Assembly: GCF_001194135.2 (NCBI RefSeq)
Contig: NC_068989.1
Span: forward strand, 50,267,499-50,315,257
DNA length: 47,759 nt
Source of the DNA: Octopus bimaculoides
Taxonomy: Eukaryota
Direction: 5' to 3'
Part shown: positions 23,434 through 36,157 of the stretch, in pieces
Numbering within the stretch: the stretch's first letter is position 1
Layout of the letters: each line of letters opens with the position of its first letter
Translations under genes and position numbers: made by a program
The notes under the pieces: generated by a model
Told to the model about the DNA's origin: nothing
Database searches by the model: none
Seen by the model: the letters and a program-made list of their open reading frames with translations, nothing else

Positions 23434-24764
23434 AAAAACAAGTACGTGTGAGGATTAACAGAGATCACAACACGAACATTGACCATATAATAGCACATCT
23501 TGAACTCAGAGTATAAAACCAGATGTAGTATTCGTTTTTCTTTTCCTCCGCAGCTAATTCAGACGCTGCTCATATCCATTCTGCTAATCGATTCATGTTG
23601 ACAGTACATTGAGTTTTGTTTTATTTTTACGATGTTCTTCATAAAATATCGCTTCACTTCATACTCGAGCTGCTTAATTTGTTCAAAGAATTGTCGTTTT
23701 TCATACCACCGGATTAGTTACTATAAATTTAATGCTGAAACTAGTCGGTTATTTTAACAGGTTGTTTATTTTAGAATGTACATTTGTATTTTATTTCAAA
23801 TTCCGAATTCGTTTCTTTTTCTTTTTGTAATTCTTGCGTGAAGTATCATACAGAAGAAGTAAGCATTTCCCCCACTATTTTTCACCATTTTACAAAAGAA
23901 ATACTGGCTTTCGAACATTTTTTCTCAATCTGTATATAAATACAGAATAAAACAAAATGTTTGAAAACCAGTATTTTATAAGGATTCACTTGAATAATAC
24001 CCCCTTTTAAAAGACACACAACAAAATACGGCACAGAAGCAAACAAGAGAATAATAAAAACATTATTCTATGTAATCTAGGAAAAAAAGGCTGTCTAATA
24101 AATATTTCTATCACAGACCAAATTGATATTTGTGAGCAAGAAAGCAAACAAATATTTTACCTATTGGTATCAAATTTTCATTAGAGAATTCAAAACACGC
24201 CTTTGGGCGGAATATTTATTTTGTGTTGTGTTGATCCTGCTACTGCTAACTACTTCATTAAAATTGCTGTTGCTTATGTTACAAATATTTGTTACAGTCT
24301 TGTTATTTCCAAATTTATGAAGTAATATTTATTATTCTGATTGCAAAAGCCAAATGTTCGTGCGATTAATGTCATGTGTTTGAAAGTCTACATAACCAGT
24401 ATAAATCAACAGAAATGTATGATAAAATAAACGGAGACACAAATAGTAAATGCATGAGTTAATAAATTCGTTTACATTGAGGACATACTGTTTGAACGAC
24501 AGCAGATGGCATCTAAATGAGTTGAATATATAAATGAAACATAGGATGATGAGAACATACTGCCTATGCAGACTTTCGCAGTTACTAAAAGCAACAGAAT
24601 TTGAAAAGAATAGGAAACGTGATGACAACAACGGAGAGCGGAAAGGCAATTGGAGCTTATTAAAGACATTTGATAACCATAACATAGCTCTACTATCAGT
24701 TTAGACATATGTAATGAATTTAGACACACAGCACCCGAGATGAAATAATATTTGTTGCACTAGT

Positions 24765-24920
24765 CGGATTAGCCCGCATTCTGAATTCAAATTCCGCCGA
24801 GGTCGACTTTACCTTTCATAATTTCGGAGTCGATAAATTGAGTACTAGTTGGGTACTGGGGTCGATCTAATCGACTGACCCCGTCCTCAAAAATTTCGGG
24901 CTTGTGCCTAGAGTAGAAAA
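24765..24920 (+). mobile_element. SINE family 1, 5'-truncated
   Basis: GAATTCAAATTCCGCCGAGGTCGAC...GTGCCTAGAGTAGAAAA; flanked by 18-bp direct repeats. Confidence 0.9.
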
Positions 24921-24938
24921 AATATTTGTCGCACTAGT

Positions 24939-25139
24939 GGCAGTGTTCTGGCAGAAACTTTAGCACGCCAGGCGAAATGCTTAGCGGCATTTCGTCTGTC
25001 TTTACGTTCTAAGTTCATATTCTGCCGAGGCCGACTTTGCCTTTTGGGTCAATATATTAAGTACCAGTTGCGTGCTGGGTCGATCTAATCAACTGGCCTC
25101 TGCCCCAAAATTTCAGTCTTTGTGCCTAGAATAGAAAAG
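24939..25139 (+). mobile_element. SINE family 1, near full length
   Basis: CTGGCAGAAAC..TAGCACGCCAGGCGAAATGCTTAGCGG...GTGCCTAGAATAGAAAAGA; flanked by 18-bp direct repeats. Confidence 0.9.
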
Positions 25140-25464
25140 AATGTTTGTTGCACTAGTAAAGAAACATATAGCTCAAAACTCTACCCAATTTAGAACTAGT
25201 TTTATAATTTTTGTGACTAAATTATTCCTGAAAATCTTTAAAAACACATTCAAGCCCAAATAAAGGAAATAACTCGACTGCAAAGTCGTTTTTGATCATG
25301 AACTAAAAGAGCGTAAACTTAAATCTAAGATTCACATGTAAAGAAACTCCTACTGTAAATCAAAATATTTCCATAATCTTTGATGAATTTACCTAGGAAT
25401 TTGACAGGCTAACATATGCAACAATATTAGGAACGAGACATGATAAAGAACTCCAAACAATTAT

Positions 25465-25665
25465 TTCAAAATTTGGCGCAAGGCCAGTAATTTCCGGGTA
25501 GGGGTAAGTCTTTTACATGGACACCTGTGGTTAGCGAGTACTTATTCCATCGAACCCGAGGAGATCATAGTCGAAGTCATAGGCGAAATCAGAACGTAAA
25601 GATGGACGAAATACCGATAAGCATTTTGCCCGGCATGCTAACGGTTGTGCCAGTTCGCCACCTTC
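25465..25665 (-). mobile_element. SINE family 1, diverged
   Basis: Ends GTGCCAGTTCGCCACCTT; internal AAGCATTTTGCCCGGCATGCTAACG. Confidence 0.82.
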
Positions 25666-25689
25666 TGAAATCCCAAAATAGACCTATTA

Positions 25690-25891
25690 TAGGTACAAGT
25701 TCTGAAATGTTATGGGGGGAAGCTAGTCTATTACATCGACCGCAGTGCTCAGATGATACCTATTTTATAGACCCCGAAAGGATGAAAGGGACCATTGAAC
25801 TTGATGAAATTTGACCGTAGAACGTTAAGGCGGATGAAATACCGCAAAGCATTTCTTCCAGAGAGTTAACGATTCTGCCATCTCGCCGCTT
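25690..25891 (-). mobile_element. SINE family 1, diverged
   Basis: GACCCCGAAAGGATGAAAGG...TTCTGCCATCTCGCCGCTTT. Confidence 0.82.
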
Positions 25892-25939
25892 TGAGAACTA
25901 CAAATAACAACAACTAAAATGATCTGGAAGTAAACATTA

Positions 25940-26125
25940 GTGATAAAAACTGAATGTGGAAAACCCTCAGAACTTAAACAAAAGGTCAGGCAAGACTGTA
26001 TCGCATTTTCCAGTCTGTTTAACCTAAACACTAAGATCAGAGAAGTAGAAAAGATGCCAAGAACATCAATAGTATGCATGAATATAAATAACCTTAGATA
26101 TGCAGACAATACTACTTTATTAACT
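25940..26125 (+). mobile_element. RTE-clade LINE reverse transcriptase fragment
   Basis: KVRQDCIAFSSLFNL...INNLRYADNTTLL resembles the RTE/BovB motif GVRQGCxLSPxLFNL...INNLRYADDTxL. Confidence 0.8.
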
Positions 26126-27287
26126 TTCAGCGTAGATGGAGAATCGTCCCACACAGTGTCTAAATCTTATGGTAAAATCCGAAGATGGAACCTTAGTCTT
26201 ATCGATTTAATGTTGACATTAACAAAAAGAATAGATACTGAGAAAAGAGATGTACCAGAAGCTGTTAGAGGATAGGTGGCGTAGATGCTCTATCAAAAAA
26301 TAATGAATCGTACACATAGGACCTAAAAAGCTCATTGTCATTTTCGGAGAACTATGTGTACAGGGCAGAGTCGAAATCGTGGCTTTTGCCGATCCTATTT
26401 AGATAGTAGCTACTCAACTCTTAGTGAATGTTTTGCTCTCATTGGGATTTAACTACGCATCGCATTTTAACATTTTAAAATATGCTATATTTTAATCAAA
26501 CACTACCACCATCTTCGACACAAACCTTACACCAGTGTGTGGGTGTTTATGTATGATTGCATTCATACATATGTGTACATACATGCATGTACATATCCTA
26601 TATGTTTTAACTTCTTTCATACGGCACGTATTGTATAATTTAGCAGTTCCAATATTATAGATTATAATCATAATGACCATCATCATCATCATCGTCATAA
26701 ACATCATAATCATCATTAATATCAACTTCTAAAGTATGGACTGACTCACTAAATGCATATTGGTGTTATAGAACTGTTTTCAGCATTGTGACTTGCAGGT
26801 TTTAGACCACATGTGTCTACTCTAGGAGTTTTATGATTCTATGAGTCTTCCTAAGTTTCTGATGCTATTGTAATATTGCTTGATGCATAAAGCATAATGT
26901 GCGGCGTGTTGTGTTTCTCTTGGATTATCAATGTTATTGATATTTGGTGGTGGTTTGTGTTTCCGTGTTCCACAGATATCATAAAATAAGATATGTTTAT
27001 ATAACACTTACGAGATGTAGCTATGTAGAATCGGGTGTTGCTTATATAGTTGTATGTACCGTTTTATTTTAATGCGTTGAATGTGTATAATATGTGTTGT
27101 GTGAGTTGTTATTTCATTAGATATTTATTGTGTAGTGCGTTTGCTATCTGAAAAGATAGGTGTTGTTTTGAGCTGCACTATTGAATAGAAAGTGCGTGGC
27201 CTAGAATCTGGCTGGTACCTAGATGTGCTATTATGTGGTCAATGTCTGTGTTGCGATGTCTGTTAATCCTCACGTGTACTTGTTTTT

Positions 27288-27508
27288 ATTCTTTCCGACT
27301 GTAGGCACAAGGCCCGAAATTTGGGGGGGGGGGACGAGGCCAATCGATTAGATCGACGCCGGTACGCAACTGGTACTTAATTTATTGACCCCAAAGTGAT
27401 GAAAGGCGAAGTCGACCTCGGTGGAATTTGAACTCAGAACGTTAAGACAGACGTAATACCGGTAAGCATTTCACCCGGTGTGCTAACGGTTCTGCCAGCT
27501 CACCGCTT
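27288..27508 (-). mobile_element. SINE family 1, full length
   Basis: ATTCTTTCCGACTGTAGGCACAAGGCCCGAAATTT...GGAATTTGAACTCAGAACG...TTCTGCCAGCTCACCGCTT. Confidence 0.92.
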
Positions 27509-27510
27509 AT

Positions 27511-27598
27511 ATTCTTTTCTACTCTAGGCACAAGGCCCGACATTTTGGGGGAGGGGCAAGTGGATTAGATCGACTCCTTACGCAACTGGTACTTAATT
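27511..27598 (-). mobile_element. SINE family 1, 3' fragment
   Basis: ATTCTTTTCTACTCTAGGCACAAGGCCCGA...CAACTGGTACTTAATT. Confidence 0.88.
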
Positions 27599-27836
27599 AC
27601 ATAATTCTACTTACAAAAAGAAGGAGGCAGTTTAAAGCTGACTCATGTCAGGCAGTAAAAGATTCTTTCCCAGGTAACATCAACAAAAATTGTTTCAATT
27701 GAAACACTTAGGGCACAAGCATCCGCACCTACAAAATTGAAATCTACAAGCAAAATTTAACAGAAATATATTTTATTGTGTTTCTAAAGGTCTCTCCATC
27801 TCTACCTATACGCACAAATACATACACATACATATT

Positions 27837-27839
<3 letters not shown>

Positions 27840-27881
<42 letters not shown>

Positions 27882-28000
27882 NNNNNNNNNNATATCTCTG
27901 TATGTATGTATATATATGTATGTGCGTGCGTGCGTGTGTGTGTGTGTGTGTGTGCGTGTGTGTGTGTGTGCGTGTGTGTGTGTGGGTGCGTGTGTGTTTG
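27840..28000. repeat. (TA)n/(GT)n microsatellites
   Basis: Directly visible; includes a 10-N gap. Confidence 0.95.
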
Positions 28001-28059
28001 AGCGTATGTATGAGTACCAGGCTGAATCAAGAGGTTGAATCAAGCTTTAATCGATAGTT

Positions 28060-29080
28060 CAAAAAAATCACATGCGAAAAGCGTTTATTTTTCAAAGTAT
28101 ATACCATCCTCTTGTATTCTTTGTTGCCATCGTTGTGCGGTTTTCCCTGCTCTCATTTTAATCCACTTCTACATTTTTGAACCTCCATTCTAGGTCAAGG
28201 CCCAGAAAAGGTGGCAATTTCATGGTGCAACTTTGGGACTATAGGTACCATTTTCAAACCCTTAGTTTCCTCAAGTTTGCATTTTGCCACATCGGCCATG
28301 TCTGTTGGGGCATTGACATGCTGTTGAAGTGCACATATTCAATTGGTCAATGAGAGAGAGTAGTGGGTTTTCAAAGCATGATGTACTCGCTGAAGTTGTT
28401 GAACACAATAACAAGCGTCTACAACATGATGATCTGTGACATGCTCAAGATGCAACACCCCATCAAATTTCCACCAAACGAAACTCATGGCCTTCTGTTC
28501 AAACCACCCTTGTTTGACAACGGGTTCTGAAGATTGGAGAGAAGGGAACCACTGGATTTCCTTATTAGGAATACGAAAATAGACCCATTTTCACCCCCAA
28601 TCCAATTCGACAAGAAAAACGGGTATGTCGAAGATTTGCAAGAAGGTGTTTGCAAAATTTCATCCGTCACTTAGCCTGGGTATTTTTACGTTTATGCAGA
28701 CCTTCCCGACAGTGTCTGTTGACAAGACCGAGCATGCATGTTTCGTCGACAATATGCGAGTGCTTGTGCTTGCTTGTTGTACAACCACTCCTAGAATGTC
28801 TTCATCTTCCACAGCAGGCCTCCCTGACCTTGGATTGTCTTCGAGGCTGATATTACCTACCTTCAAGCGTCTAAACCAGTTTGGTGTCACATATTCATTG
28901 CCACTTCCTAGACCTTTCGTATTATTAAATTTTGTTTCTGCTGCCCGTTCATTCGGACCTTTTTTTTTTTATATGTAACGTAAAATGGCTTTAACTGCAA
29001 TTTTTTCACAAACCACAATGAAAGCCGTAGAATAAAGAATGAAAATAAGTGTTTATATGTGAAATATGAAAATAAAGAAT
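28060..29080 (-). mobile_element. Old degraded mariner transposase
   Basis: In order on the minus strand: LFYGFHCG, WFRRLKVGNISLEDNPRSGRP, PFFLSNWIGGENG (degenerate FLxRIVTGDEKW), QHVNAP (QHDNAxPH), YSPKVAP..HLF (YSPDLAPSDYHLF). TIRs not identified. Confidence 0.82.
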
Positions 29081-29371
29081 AGACAGCATAGCAACGATTG
29101 GATAGTTGTATCACACTGATGATATAACATGGAGATACAAATTGCCAAAAATCCCCAGTGAAAAAATCTTTCACTCAATTTATTATATAGATACACAAAT
29201 ACATTTAAAAATCCATAATTCTCCATTCTTCTGTGTATTTCTACCTTACTCTGTGACCTTATTATTCCAAAACTATCTGGTATATCAATTTTTGCCTCTA
29301 CAAAATGGATAGCCGTTGGAACGTAAATTTACCGAATACGTGGAGTAAAATGGCTTTCGCTGATCAATTTA

Positions 29372-30653
29372 TCAGGTCATACCATAAGTTCTATCCGAAT
29401 TCGGAATAAAGAAAGCAAGTGATCAAATGTTATATTTAATTGAAATTTAATCATTAATGTACTTTCCCTGATTATCTATGACTTCCATCTATTTACAAGC
29501 TTTTTTTTAATCCCATCAATGTAAGACTCTTTTGGTTTCAAAGCGAAGAACTCTGGAATGTCAGTTTCGATCTCCTCCTGACTTGCGAAAGTTAGTCCCT
29601 CGAACGATTCTGTAAACTACGAAAAAAATGGTAGTCTGAAGGAGCAAGGCCGGGAGAATAAGGTGGATGATGAATGAATTTTTTCCCAACCAAGCTCTTA
29701 GATCTTCTGTGATGTGATCTTTGCAGTGTGGGGTCGCGCATTGTCCTGATGAAACATCACTCTTTTTCGATTTACTAAAGTGGGTCTTTTTTTTCTTCAA
29801 AGCTTGGTTGAAACGCTCTAATTGCTGACAGTAGACTTGAGCATTGATTGTTGCATTAGGTGGTAACAATTCAAAGTGAATTACTCCTTTGCAATCCCAC
29901 CAGATAGAGAGATGAACCTTTTTCCCCTGAAGTTCCCTTCTCGGTTGTGGTTGAGCTTCTTTTCTTTTACCAAGCCACAGTTTACGATGTTTAACATTTT
30001 GATAGGGGATCCATAGGAGATCCAGTCACAAGTCTATCCAAAAAGGGTGAAATGAGTTCGCAAGAGTGGAGAGAAGAGCAGATGCGAACTCGGTTGCTTT
30101 CGGAGAATTCATGATGCACCCATTTTCCAGGTTTAGGAACCTTTCCAAATTGTTGAAGATAACGATGAATAGCTGTATGTTTTGAGCTAAGCTTTATTGC
30201 CAATTCTTCAACTGATAATGCAGGATTTTCTTCAAGTAATTCCTCAAGGAGCTTATCATCAAACTCAACTGGATGTCCTGTTCGATTTTCATCTTCAAGG
30301 CTGAAATCTCCACTTCTGAATTTTTCAAACCATTTCCTGCAAGTTCTTTCATTCAAGCATTCTTTCTCATAAACTGAGTTTATGTTTCGAGTCGCTTCGG
30401 CTGCAAAGTTTTCTTTTTTGTACTCATAAAGCATTATGTGCCTCAAATGTTCTTTGGATACTTCCATGTTAGAAAGGGTTTGAAACAAAGAAATTTAAAA
30501 TTCTATTATTCTGTAAAATAATATTTAAATAGTTTAAATGTGCACAAATGCATAAAAATAGGTTTTAATTCCATTAGACATTCTAAAATACTATTAAATT
30601 TCATTCAATTTAAAAAAGAAGTAACATCGGACAGAACTTATGGGATGACCTGA
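29372..30653 (-). mobile_element. Full-length mariner transposon (1282 bp) with frameshifted transposase
   Basis: 27-bp TIRs TCAGGTCATACCATAAGTTCTATCCGA (29372-29398) and 30627-30653 match at 25/27; TA on both sides (29370-71, 30654-55). ATG at 30467: MEVSKEHLRHIMLYE...WFEKFRSGDFSLEDENRTGHP...WVHHEF...FLDRLVTG; later HQDNA.PH and PPYSPGLAPSDYHFF in shifted frames. Confidence 0.96.
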
Positions 30654-31065
30654 TAGTTATCCAACTTTGATCGCTACAAAGTCGCCCGGATATTTAATAC
30701 TACTTTGCTGTTGCGCGCGCACGCACACAAACACACACACAACTATTTGTATCCTTAATGTCATTGACCTTGTCTCAGTTGTTTCTGCTGACCACAAATT
30801 TGTAGCCTTCAGGGACATTAGTATTCGCAAGTCTATATACATATACAAAAGTATAATTCAAATTTACAAAAAACATAAGACAAAGACAGGTGAGGGAACA
30901 AAAAGCGGGTATATTAGATTGAGGTTCGGTAAGAATTGAAAAGTCTCTAATGTTACAAGACTACGCTCTTCAGCAGAAACAGTTAAGAGGAAAAAAAACC
31001 GATAGAACGAAATAAAATGGAGATAGAAAAGCAAATGTAGGGATTAACGGTTCAACATGTTGAAA

Positions 31066-31107
<42 letters not shown>

Positions 31108-31384
31108 TGTATGTCTATGTATTTGTGCATATAGATAGACACAGACACACCGTTCGAAATGCAACAAAAGGGTTAAAATGACTGAAGCAGAACATACACG
31201 CGGGTCAATTACTTGGAAGAACCAATGAATAACAGGAAGATTAATTTACGAAACATCCCCGATGGGAAATCTTGTTAATTTTCATTGTTACAAATCATTA
31301 TGTTTGACGAACATTTGCCAGGTGATGGATTTTGGCAAATATTACCGCGATAAGGAAGCGCTATTTATGTATACAGATATATAG

Positions 31385-31612
31385 GCACGCACACACTCAC
31401 ACACACACCCACACGCACGCACGCAAGCACGCACACACACACACGCACTTATATATATATATACATACACATACACACATATATACATATATATACAGAG
31501 TGAGAGATAGGGGGAGAGAGAGATGGGGAGAGAGAGAAAGGGAGAGAGAGAAAGGGAGAGAGAGAGGAGGAGAGAGAGAGGGAGAGAGAGAGAGAGAGAG
31601 AGAGAGATGAAG
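31385..31612. repeat. (CA)n/(TA)n/(GA)n microsatellite cluster
   Basis: Directly visible. Confidence 0.95.
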
Positions 31613-34600
31613 AGAAAGTGATAAATGGATGGACGAATGACAAGAAACAGAGTTAGTGAAGGTCGCAAACCAATAGATGACAGACAAATTAACAGAGAAA
31701 CAGATTCAGGAAATTATTTTGTTATTGTTTTTACCTTTATGCATGTACTTTTCTGTTGGGTAAAGACCGAAAGGAAATTATTACAACAAAGGCAAATATA
31801 AGTATACATGTACTTCTATACACATACATACACACATATATTCTCGACCCACATTTCATTACGTATACATACATACATACACACATGATCATGCTCGCAC
31901 ACAGGGAGACTGCTACTAATAAAGACATGATAACATTCGCATTCTCGCCAATATGTACACTCAAGCAATATCCGCTGACTGCATCAGCAGGATGAAGGCC
32001 AATCTCTACCACAAAAGCATCTTTGTTAAGTGCATTGTGGATTCATACTCTCAATATATGAATCAAGAAGACACACATAGAGATCAAAAGCAACGACAAA
32101 CATAATTATTTCAACAGCAATCAAAGCAACGAACAGCAATCATTCAACAAACAATTACGTTTTATTATGTTAATTCTTCTAAGAGATTCATTGTAACATT
32201 ATCTGCAATGCATCACCATTATCTCAGCGAACAAACTATCCGCCTAAACATGTTGCCACTAATAAATAACGGGCTGAGTGAAAAACCATTGAAACAGCAC
32301 TAACAAGCATCTGATCTTCTCCATTCCTAACACATTAATCAACAGAGAAAAAGGAATCCGTACATGAATTTCATGCATTGGCTATTAGATTGCTAAATAG
32401 AAGCACCCCAAATTTCTCTGCAACTTAACCCATACTCGTCTGTGGAAACACTTATTTAGATGTGGGAATGAAATTTAGTTTTATTCCTACCATTTTGTCC
32501 AGATTGCACACACCGAAGAAATGGAAGCGTTGCTATATTTCTCCATGATATTCTCACTAGAATTACAAATACTTCTTGTAATATCTATGTCTGGATATAT
32601 TGAAATTATTGACCTACACCTTAGTTCAAGAACAGAAGCCGCCTTAAGCATTTTTACTGCTTGGGTCTACGAGAAGAAAATCAAATCTATGAGCATGGCA
32701 ACTATTATTAACATCAAGGGTCCATAAAAAAAGACTAGGCTATGAAAATAAGAACCCGAAGTTAAAAGGTTCTACGCGTTGACGAACACACGCACACACA
32801 CACACAAGCACACATACAAAAATATGCAAAGAAAAATCCGCAGGGCCGCTGTTTTAACCACTACTACACATATTTACGAAGGCATTATTCTCTATAAAGG
32901 CGCCAAAGTAATGGAGAGATTTTACAGAATGAATACATTTTAGTTTTACGTAACCAGCTTAAATTTACTTTGGCAACATCAGTAGATGCAACCTCCAACA
33001 TTTCATCTGTGATATATATAAATTTGGGCTCAGAGTATAGGGTATCATAGGAGAGACAAATATTAAATACCACTCAGCAATAGGCGCCACGAGATTTACG
33101 ACTTATTCCTGAATATGGCAGAGTGTATAATATCTTAAATAAAGTACAAAGAATGTCATCTTGTTACCGTTCGATCCTTTTGACCACTCTCTAACCCTAG
33201 TCCTTGTGATAAACAACTAATCCCAATCCTCTATCCTTCCAGTACACTGCTTGCTCGTGCTTACCCCGTTGATATCGACTAGTAAATGCCCAAACAGATC
33301 AGGATCTTGTACAATCAAACCAGTTTGATCGGGTTTACAAAGACCAGGAGAGCTGTGTTTTCAACTCACATTCAATAAATAATTAAGACAATACTACCCT
33401 TCGAATGAAAACCGATGCAAGGATTTCCTATATTCAAATTATTAACCAGGATATTGATTTTACGCCTGGCCTGTTGAAAATTTCAGATTTCGAACACTAA
33501 ACATTCTACTGTTAATCCTCTGTTAAATTATAAATAATAATAAATACATAAAAATGAATAATGGTTGTCGAGAAATTGAAAGTGGTCAAAAGTTAAGTTA
33601 CTGGAAATTGTTACCAAAGTTCACTAATACAATAGTAATAGATGCCTGTATTTCCCTACATCCTTGGAAAACCACATTTGTGTAAGGGGGGATATAAAAT
33701 ATATATGCTTCTCCAGTACATGACTAGTGTTAATTAATCACAGCTAGCTGAAAGACAAAGTCAAACGTGGAATCATTTAAAATTGGAATATAAATTTATT
33801 TTTTTCTGTTTAGAACATTTAGTGATGGAATGGTAGCATCTATGAGGATTTTCGCTGCTTCGGATATACATGGGACAAAGGAGGGAAGGTTTGTTCAGAG
33901 AAGAGATTTGGTTCGAATACTTAAAATAGATTGAGCTCCGATAAAGACACCCAAGGATCAGGTGGTGGTATTACATTAGGAAATGGATTATGTCTACTGC
34001 TGACCTTCTACTTGTTCAATTACTTAATACTCACGATTATCTTATGTAACATTAATAGACGATTGGATTAAACATTCGTGTATAGTTTACATTTATTCGG
34101 TTTTAGTGGAATTTATTACTTTACGCAAGGTTATCCATATAATAAACAATTGTAAACATAACTAAAATAGCAATTACGCAAACAACAATCAAATGAAAAG
34201 CATTAAGAATATCAATAGTTAAAACGTTATAAAACTCTCAGTAACTTCAATATAAAGGAAAAGTTTGAAAGAATAATTAGAAATAAAGAATTATTTTTGA
34301 AAATGGCAACAAAAGAGTAAAAAAATTCAGACAAATGTCAAGACACTGCATTCTTAAATCAATGTAATGTTCGTTTATTTCAATCAAATTCTAACAGTGG
34401 AAACAAGTCTTTTGAAAATCTATTTCGTTGCCATTATCTTTTTCATTTTTGCTTTTTATAAAATCGGGTCTGCTGTGGAAGAAAGAGTATCTTTCATCAA
34501 AATAGATATATATGATATTATCAACAGTGACAAAATTGATATAATTTTTGCGAGTAGGGGAAAAAACTTGAAGAAAAGAATGAAGAGAGAAAGCACGCGC

Positions 34601-35479
34601 AAAAGAGAGGGTGAAGAGTTAGTGAGAGAGAGAAAGGGAAAGATATTCAGAGAACAGAGAAAGATGTTAAACAATGACTCAACAAAGAAAAAAGAAAACA
34701 AATTGGTTGTACATCATTTGCAAATATCTTTAAATAAATGGATCCGAATTGCGCAAATTTTATTCGAAAAGTAATAAAACAAGTAATATCTGATATTTTG
34801 AGATAATGAAATGTTCTGATCCCGGAATATACAAAAGATTCTCTTTTCTTACACTTTTTTGTATTCTTACTGCGGTTTAGTAGCTTTCTATTTATATTTA
34901 TAGGCAACTGATCGCAGTAATCGTTTTATGTTGTCTGGATGATAACACAGAAAAGAAAATTGACACGAGTTTATAAAAATGTTTCTTTTGATTTAAATAT
35001 CCTTGTATTTAGAAAGCTATTTATGTTGTTGAAGGGAAATACGTACATGATTATCGTTGTAGACCAATTCAGAATAGGGGATAGCCTATCTTCACGTCAA
35101 ACGTCGACAGTCTGCATTCTTCGACTGAAGTTTCCTGTGGATTTCTGTTGACATATCTACCTTATTCCAAATCAGTCAATATAATTTAATGGGTAACACT
35201 CTTTGCAGCGTCTGGCAAGTTGTGTTAAGTGTACATAAGGCAATTGATAGAGCTTAAAAGAAGCATTCGTTTATTTGGGGTTTATCCAGAAATGTATTTA
35301 TCGTATACTTAGGACTTCATCTGGGATGCAATGTCTGTGTGGCGAAACTCCATTTTCTTTCCATAATCTAAAATTTACACTGAATAATTAAATAGTGATG
35401 ATTTAAAATTCAGTACTGTGAGTCATTATCGGATATCATTAATCGAAAAGCAGTTTTGAAAAATTAATCAGTCATGGTG

Positions 35480-35692
35480 TGAAGGCGATTGGTTCAATGG
35501 TTAGAGCGTCGGGCTGTGAATTTGATTCCCGGACCGGGCTCTGTGTCGTTTTCTTGACCAAGACACTTTATTTCACATTGCTCCAGTTGACTCAGCTGTA
35601 GAAATAAAATGCGACGTCGCTGGTGCCAAGATAGGTCGACCTCTGCCTTTCCATTGTATAACATCGGTGGTGTGGAGACGGGAGACTGGTAT
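35480..35692 (+). mobile_element. tRNA-derived SINE family 3
   Basis: A box TGGTTCAATGG (35490-35500), degenerate B box GAATTTGATTCC (35518-35529), body TTCTTGACCAAGACACTTTATTTCAC resembling conserved metazoan SINE central domains (CCTTGAGCAAGGCACTT-like). Confidence 0.75.
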
Positions 35693-35974
35693 AGAAAGTA
35701 GTTATATTGGCATTTGCTATTGCAAGAAATATTTTCAGGTGATACTGAACACTGTTTTCTGTGCCACAGAAAAACGAGTATGGATAGATCGGTCGTATAG
35801 AATATTTTGATTCACACGGTAATTACTGTCTAAAGTGTGCTGAAAGTGTACTGATGGAGTAATGAGCATTTGATTTCTGTGTTGTAAAACAACATTGGAT
35901 CAAGTGAGGCCTTGAAATAAGGCATCTCAATTCATTGTCGCAAAGGTTCATGGTTATGCATACGTAATTTTCTG

Positions 35975-36024
35975 ATCTTCTTCTTCTTCTTCTTCTTCTT
36001 CTTCTTCTTCTTCTTCTTCTTGCT

Positions 36025-36066
<42 letters not shown>

Positions 36067-36125
36067 CTTCTTCTTCTTCTTCATCAACTTCTTCTTCTTC
36101 TTCTTCTTCTTCTTCATCAACTTCT

Positions 36126-36157
<32 letters not shown>

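Noticed and set aside
23535-23610. Strong splice acceptor (TTTTTCTTTTCCTCCGCAG) as possible exon
   Set aside because: No convincing donor before stop codons; peptide not recognisable.
24747-25157. CRISPR-like direct repeats with spacers
   Set aside because: Eukaryotic context; the 'spacers' are 156-201-bp SINE copies, so the repeats are TSD-like. No cas genes are present.
33000-33500. Faint PLE-like peptide echoes, also at 37400-37900 (MPNIKTV)
   Set aside because: Too short and degenerate to support without an HMM search.
33905-33925. Isolated B-box-like GGTTCGAATAC
   Set aside because: No upstream A box or tRNA fold.
34367-34774. 135-aa ORF with hydrophobic N-terminus and basic tail
   Set aside because: Composition follows AT- and purine-rich low-complexity DNA; no domain or splice support.
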